Source of the DNA: a phage
DNA length: 824 nt
Reading direction: 5' to 3' (one strand)
Sequence record: M38302.1
Shown: one piece after another, positions 1-824 of the stretch
Position numbering within the stretch: the first letter of the stretch is position 1
Layout: every line of letters begins with the position of its first letter
Notes under the pieces: model-generated
The model's database searches: none
Told to the model about the DNA's origin: nothing
The model's input: only the letters and a program-made list of their open reading frames with translations
Made by a program: the position numbers and the translations under genes

Positions 1-159
1 TCTCACAGTGTACGGACCTAAAGTTCCCCCATAGGGGGTACCTAAAGCCCAGCCAATCACCTAAAGTCAACCTTCGGTTGACTTGAGGGTTCCCTAAGGG
101 TTGGGGATGACCCTTGGGTTTGTCTTTGGGTGTTACCTTGAGTGTCTCTCTGTGTCCCT
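1..159. repeat. Left copy of the direct terminal repeat of a T7-like genome. The right boundary is approximate and taken from T7, where the repeat is 160 bp; the right-end copy is not in this window.
   Basis: Window begins TCTCACAGTGTACGGACCTAAAG, which I recognise as the T7 left terminus. CCTAAAG heptamers lie at 17-23, 41-47 and 60-66. Boundary is from recalled T7 coordinates, not seen directly. Confidence 0.6.
64..84. repeat. 21-bp perfect inverted repeat (AAGTCAACC-TTC-GGTTGACTT), a possible hairpin or protein-binding palindrome inside the terminal repeat. Function unknown.
   Basis: Directly seen: 64-72 AAGTCAACC is the reverse complement of 76-84 GGTTGACTT, with a 3-nt centre TTC at 73-75. 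Confidence 0.8.
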
Positions 160-173
160 ATCTGTTACAGTCT

Positions 174-337
174 CCTAAAGTATCCTCCTAAAGTCACCTC
201 CTAACGTCCATCCTAAAGCCAACACCTAAAGCCTACACCTAAAGACCCACTAAGTCAACGCCTATCTTAAAGTTTAAACATAAAGACCAGACCTAAAGAC
301 CAGACCTAAAGACACTACATAAAGACCAGACCTAAAG
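174..337. repeat. Array of CCTAAAG heptamers spaced at ~13-bp periodicity (T7 SRL-type left-end repeats), including a 13-bp tandem unit TAAAGACCAGACC.
   Basis: Directly seen: CCTAAAG at 174-180, 187-193, 212-218, 225-231, 238-244, 292-298, 305-311, 331-337; variant CCTAACG at 200-206. 13-mer TAAAGACCAGACC at 281-293, 294-306 and 320-332, with a diverged copy TAAAGACACTACA at 307-319. Confidence 0.85.
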
Positions 338-386
338 ATGCTCCGTTGTTAACCATAAAGTGATAACCTTTAATCATTGTCTTTAT

Positions 387-409
387 TAATACAACTCACT
401 ATAAGGAGA
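387..409 (+). promoter_or_regulatory. phiOL: T7-type phage RNA polymerase promoter phiOL, with predicted transcript start at A404. In T7 it is associated with a secondary origin of replication.
   Basis: TAATACAACTCACTATA at 387-403 followed by AGGAGAG. This matches the T7 class III/II consensus TAATACGACTCACTATAGGGAGA at 20 of 23 positions, with the known phiOL-type deviations (A at -11 and A at +1). Confidence 0.85.
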
Positions 410-410
410 G

Positions 411-460
411 ACAACTTAAAGAGACTTAAAAGATTAATTTAAAATTTATCAAAAAGAGTA
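411..460. promoter_or_regulatory. AT-rich tract between phiOL and A1. Plausibly an UP-element-like region for A1 and/or the easily melted part of the phiOL-associated secondary replication origin.
   Basis: Seen: the sequence ACAACTTAAAGAGACTTAAAAGATTAATTTAAAATTTATCAAAAAGAGTA is strongly AT-rich with A/T runs. The functional assignment comes from knowledge of T7 origins (promoter plus downstream AT-rich region) and is an inference. Confidence 0.4.
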
Positions 461-497
461 TTGACTTAAAGTCTAACCTATAGGATACTTACAGCCA
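461..497 (+). promoter_or_regulatory. A1: Host sigma70 early promoter A1. Transcript start predicted at A497, with leader beginning AUCGAGAGGGACACGG.
   Basis: -35 TTGACT at 461-466, 17-bp spacer, -10 GATACT at 484-489, start 7 nt downstream. Matches the classic T7 A1 promoter architecture. Confidence 0.85.
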
Positions 498-574
498 TCG
501 AGAGGGACACGGCGAACAGCCATCCCGTCAACCGGATAAGTAGACAGCCTGATAAGTCGCACGAAAAACAGGTA

Positions 575-612
575 TTGACAACATGAAGTAACATGCAGTA
601 AGATACAAATCG
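575..612 (+). promoter_or_regulatory. A2: Host sigma70 early promoter A2. Transcript start predicted near G612.
   Basis: -35 TTGACA at 575-580, 18-bp spacer, -10 TAAGAT at 599-604. Position relative to A1 and A3 is consistent with the T7 A2 promoter. Confidence 0.8.
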
Positions 613-699
613 CTAGGTAACACTAGCAGCGTCAACCGGGGCGCACAGTGCCTCTAGGTGACTTAAGCGCACCACGGCACATAAGGTGAAACAAAACGG

Positions 700-736
700 T
701 TGACAACATGAAGTAAACACGGTACGATGTACCACA
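700..736 (+). promoter_or_regulatory. A3: Host sigma70 early promoter A3. Transcript start predicted near A736.
   Basis: -35 TTGACA at 700-705, 17-bp spacer, -10 TACGAT at 723-728, start about 7 nt downstream. Consistent with the T7 A3 promoter. Confidence 0.8.
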
Positions 737-824
737 TGAAACGACAGTGAGTCACCACACTGAAAGGTGATGCGGTCTAACGAAACCTGACCTAAGACGC
801 TCTTTAACAATCTGGTAAAGAGCT

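Noticed and set aside
26-38. CCCCC-ATA-GGGGG stem-loop as a rho-independent terminator
   Set aside because: No downstream T-run follows on either strand (the next bases are TACCTAAAG), and it sits at the genome terminus upstream of all promoters. It is a structural or processing element candidate at most, not a terminator.
174-337. Possible CRISPR array suggested by the regular short repeats
   Set aside because: Repeat units are only 7-13 bp with essentially no unique spacers between them. CRISPR repeats are typically 24-48 bp separated by similar-length unique spacers. This is a phage terminal repeat array.
424-452. Possible leftward (minus-strand) sigma70 promoter in the AT-rich tract, as a minor leftward promoter has been reported near the T7 left end
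   Set aside because: The best minus-strand candidate is TTGATA (complement of 447-452) with TTAAGT 17 bp downstream, which is only 3 of 6 matches to TATAAT. AT-rich DNA yields such matches by chance and I cannot place the reported promoter from memory, so the support is too weak to call.
613-810. 65-aa ORF on the minus strand from the six-frame track
   Set aside because: It begins with a TTG codon (not ATG) and has no Shine-Dalgarno-like sequence upstream; the region 3' of 810 on the plus strand is TCTGGTAAAGAGCT. It lies antisense to the A2 and A3 promoters and their leader, in a region that is non-coding in T7-like phages (the first gene starts after the window). The Cys/Val/Leu-rich translation has no recognisable domain. 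Most likely a chance open frame.
1-824. Novel defence or anti-defence system, tRNA, or mobile element in the window
   Set aside because: There is no credible coding capacity and no tRNA-like cloverleaf. The inverted repeats present are explained by the phage terminus. The whole window is accounted for by known T7-type left-end regulatory architecture.

Overview
This window looks like the extreme left end of a T7-like coliphage genome (Autographiviridae, T7 group), not a novel system. It opens with TCTCACAGTGTACGG, which I recognise as the T7 left terminus, and carries the expected non-coding control region: the left terminal repeat, a CCTAAAG repeat array with ~13-bp periodicity, the phage RNA polymerase promoter phiOL, an AT-rich tract, and the three tandem host (sigma70) early promoters A1, A2 and A3, all reading rightward. 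I find no credible protein-coding gene; the single 65-aa ORF in the track (613..810, minus) is most likely spurious. The first gene of a T7-like phage (gene 0.3, ocr) would start roughly 100 bp beyond the window end. From memory the sequence is nearly identical to reference T7 but not exactly so, with an apparent ~13-bp deletion in the A1 leader and a few substitutions; I cannot verify this without an alignment. All identifications rest on motif recognition and recall of T7 biology.
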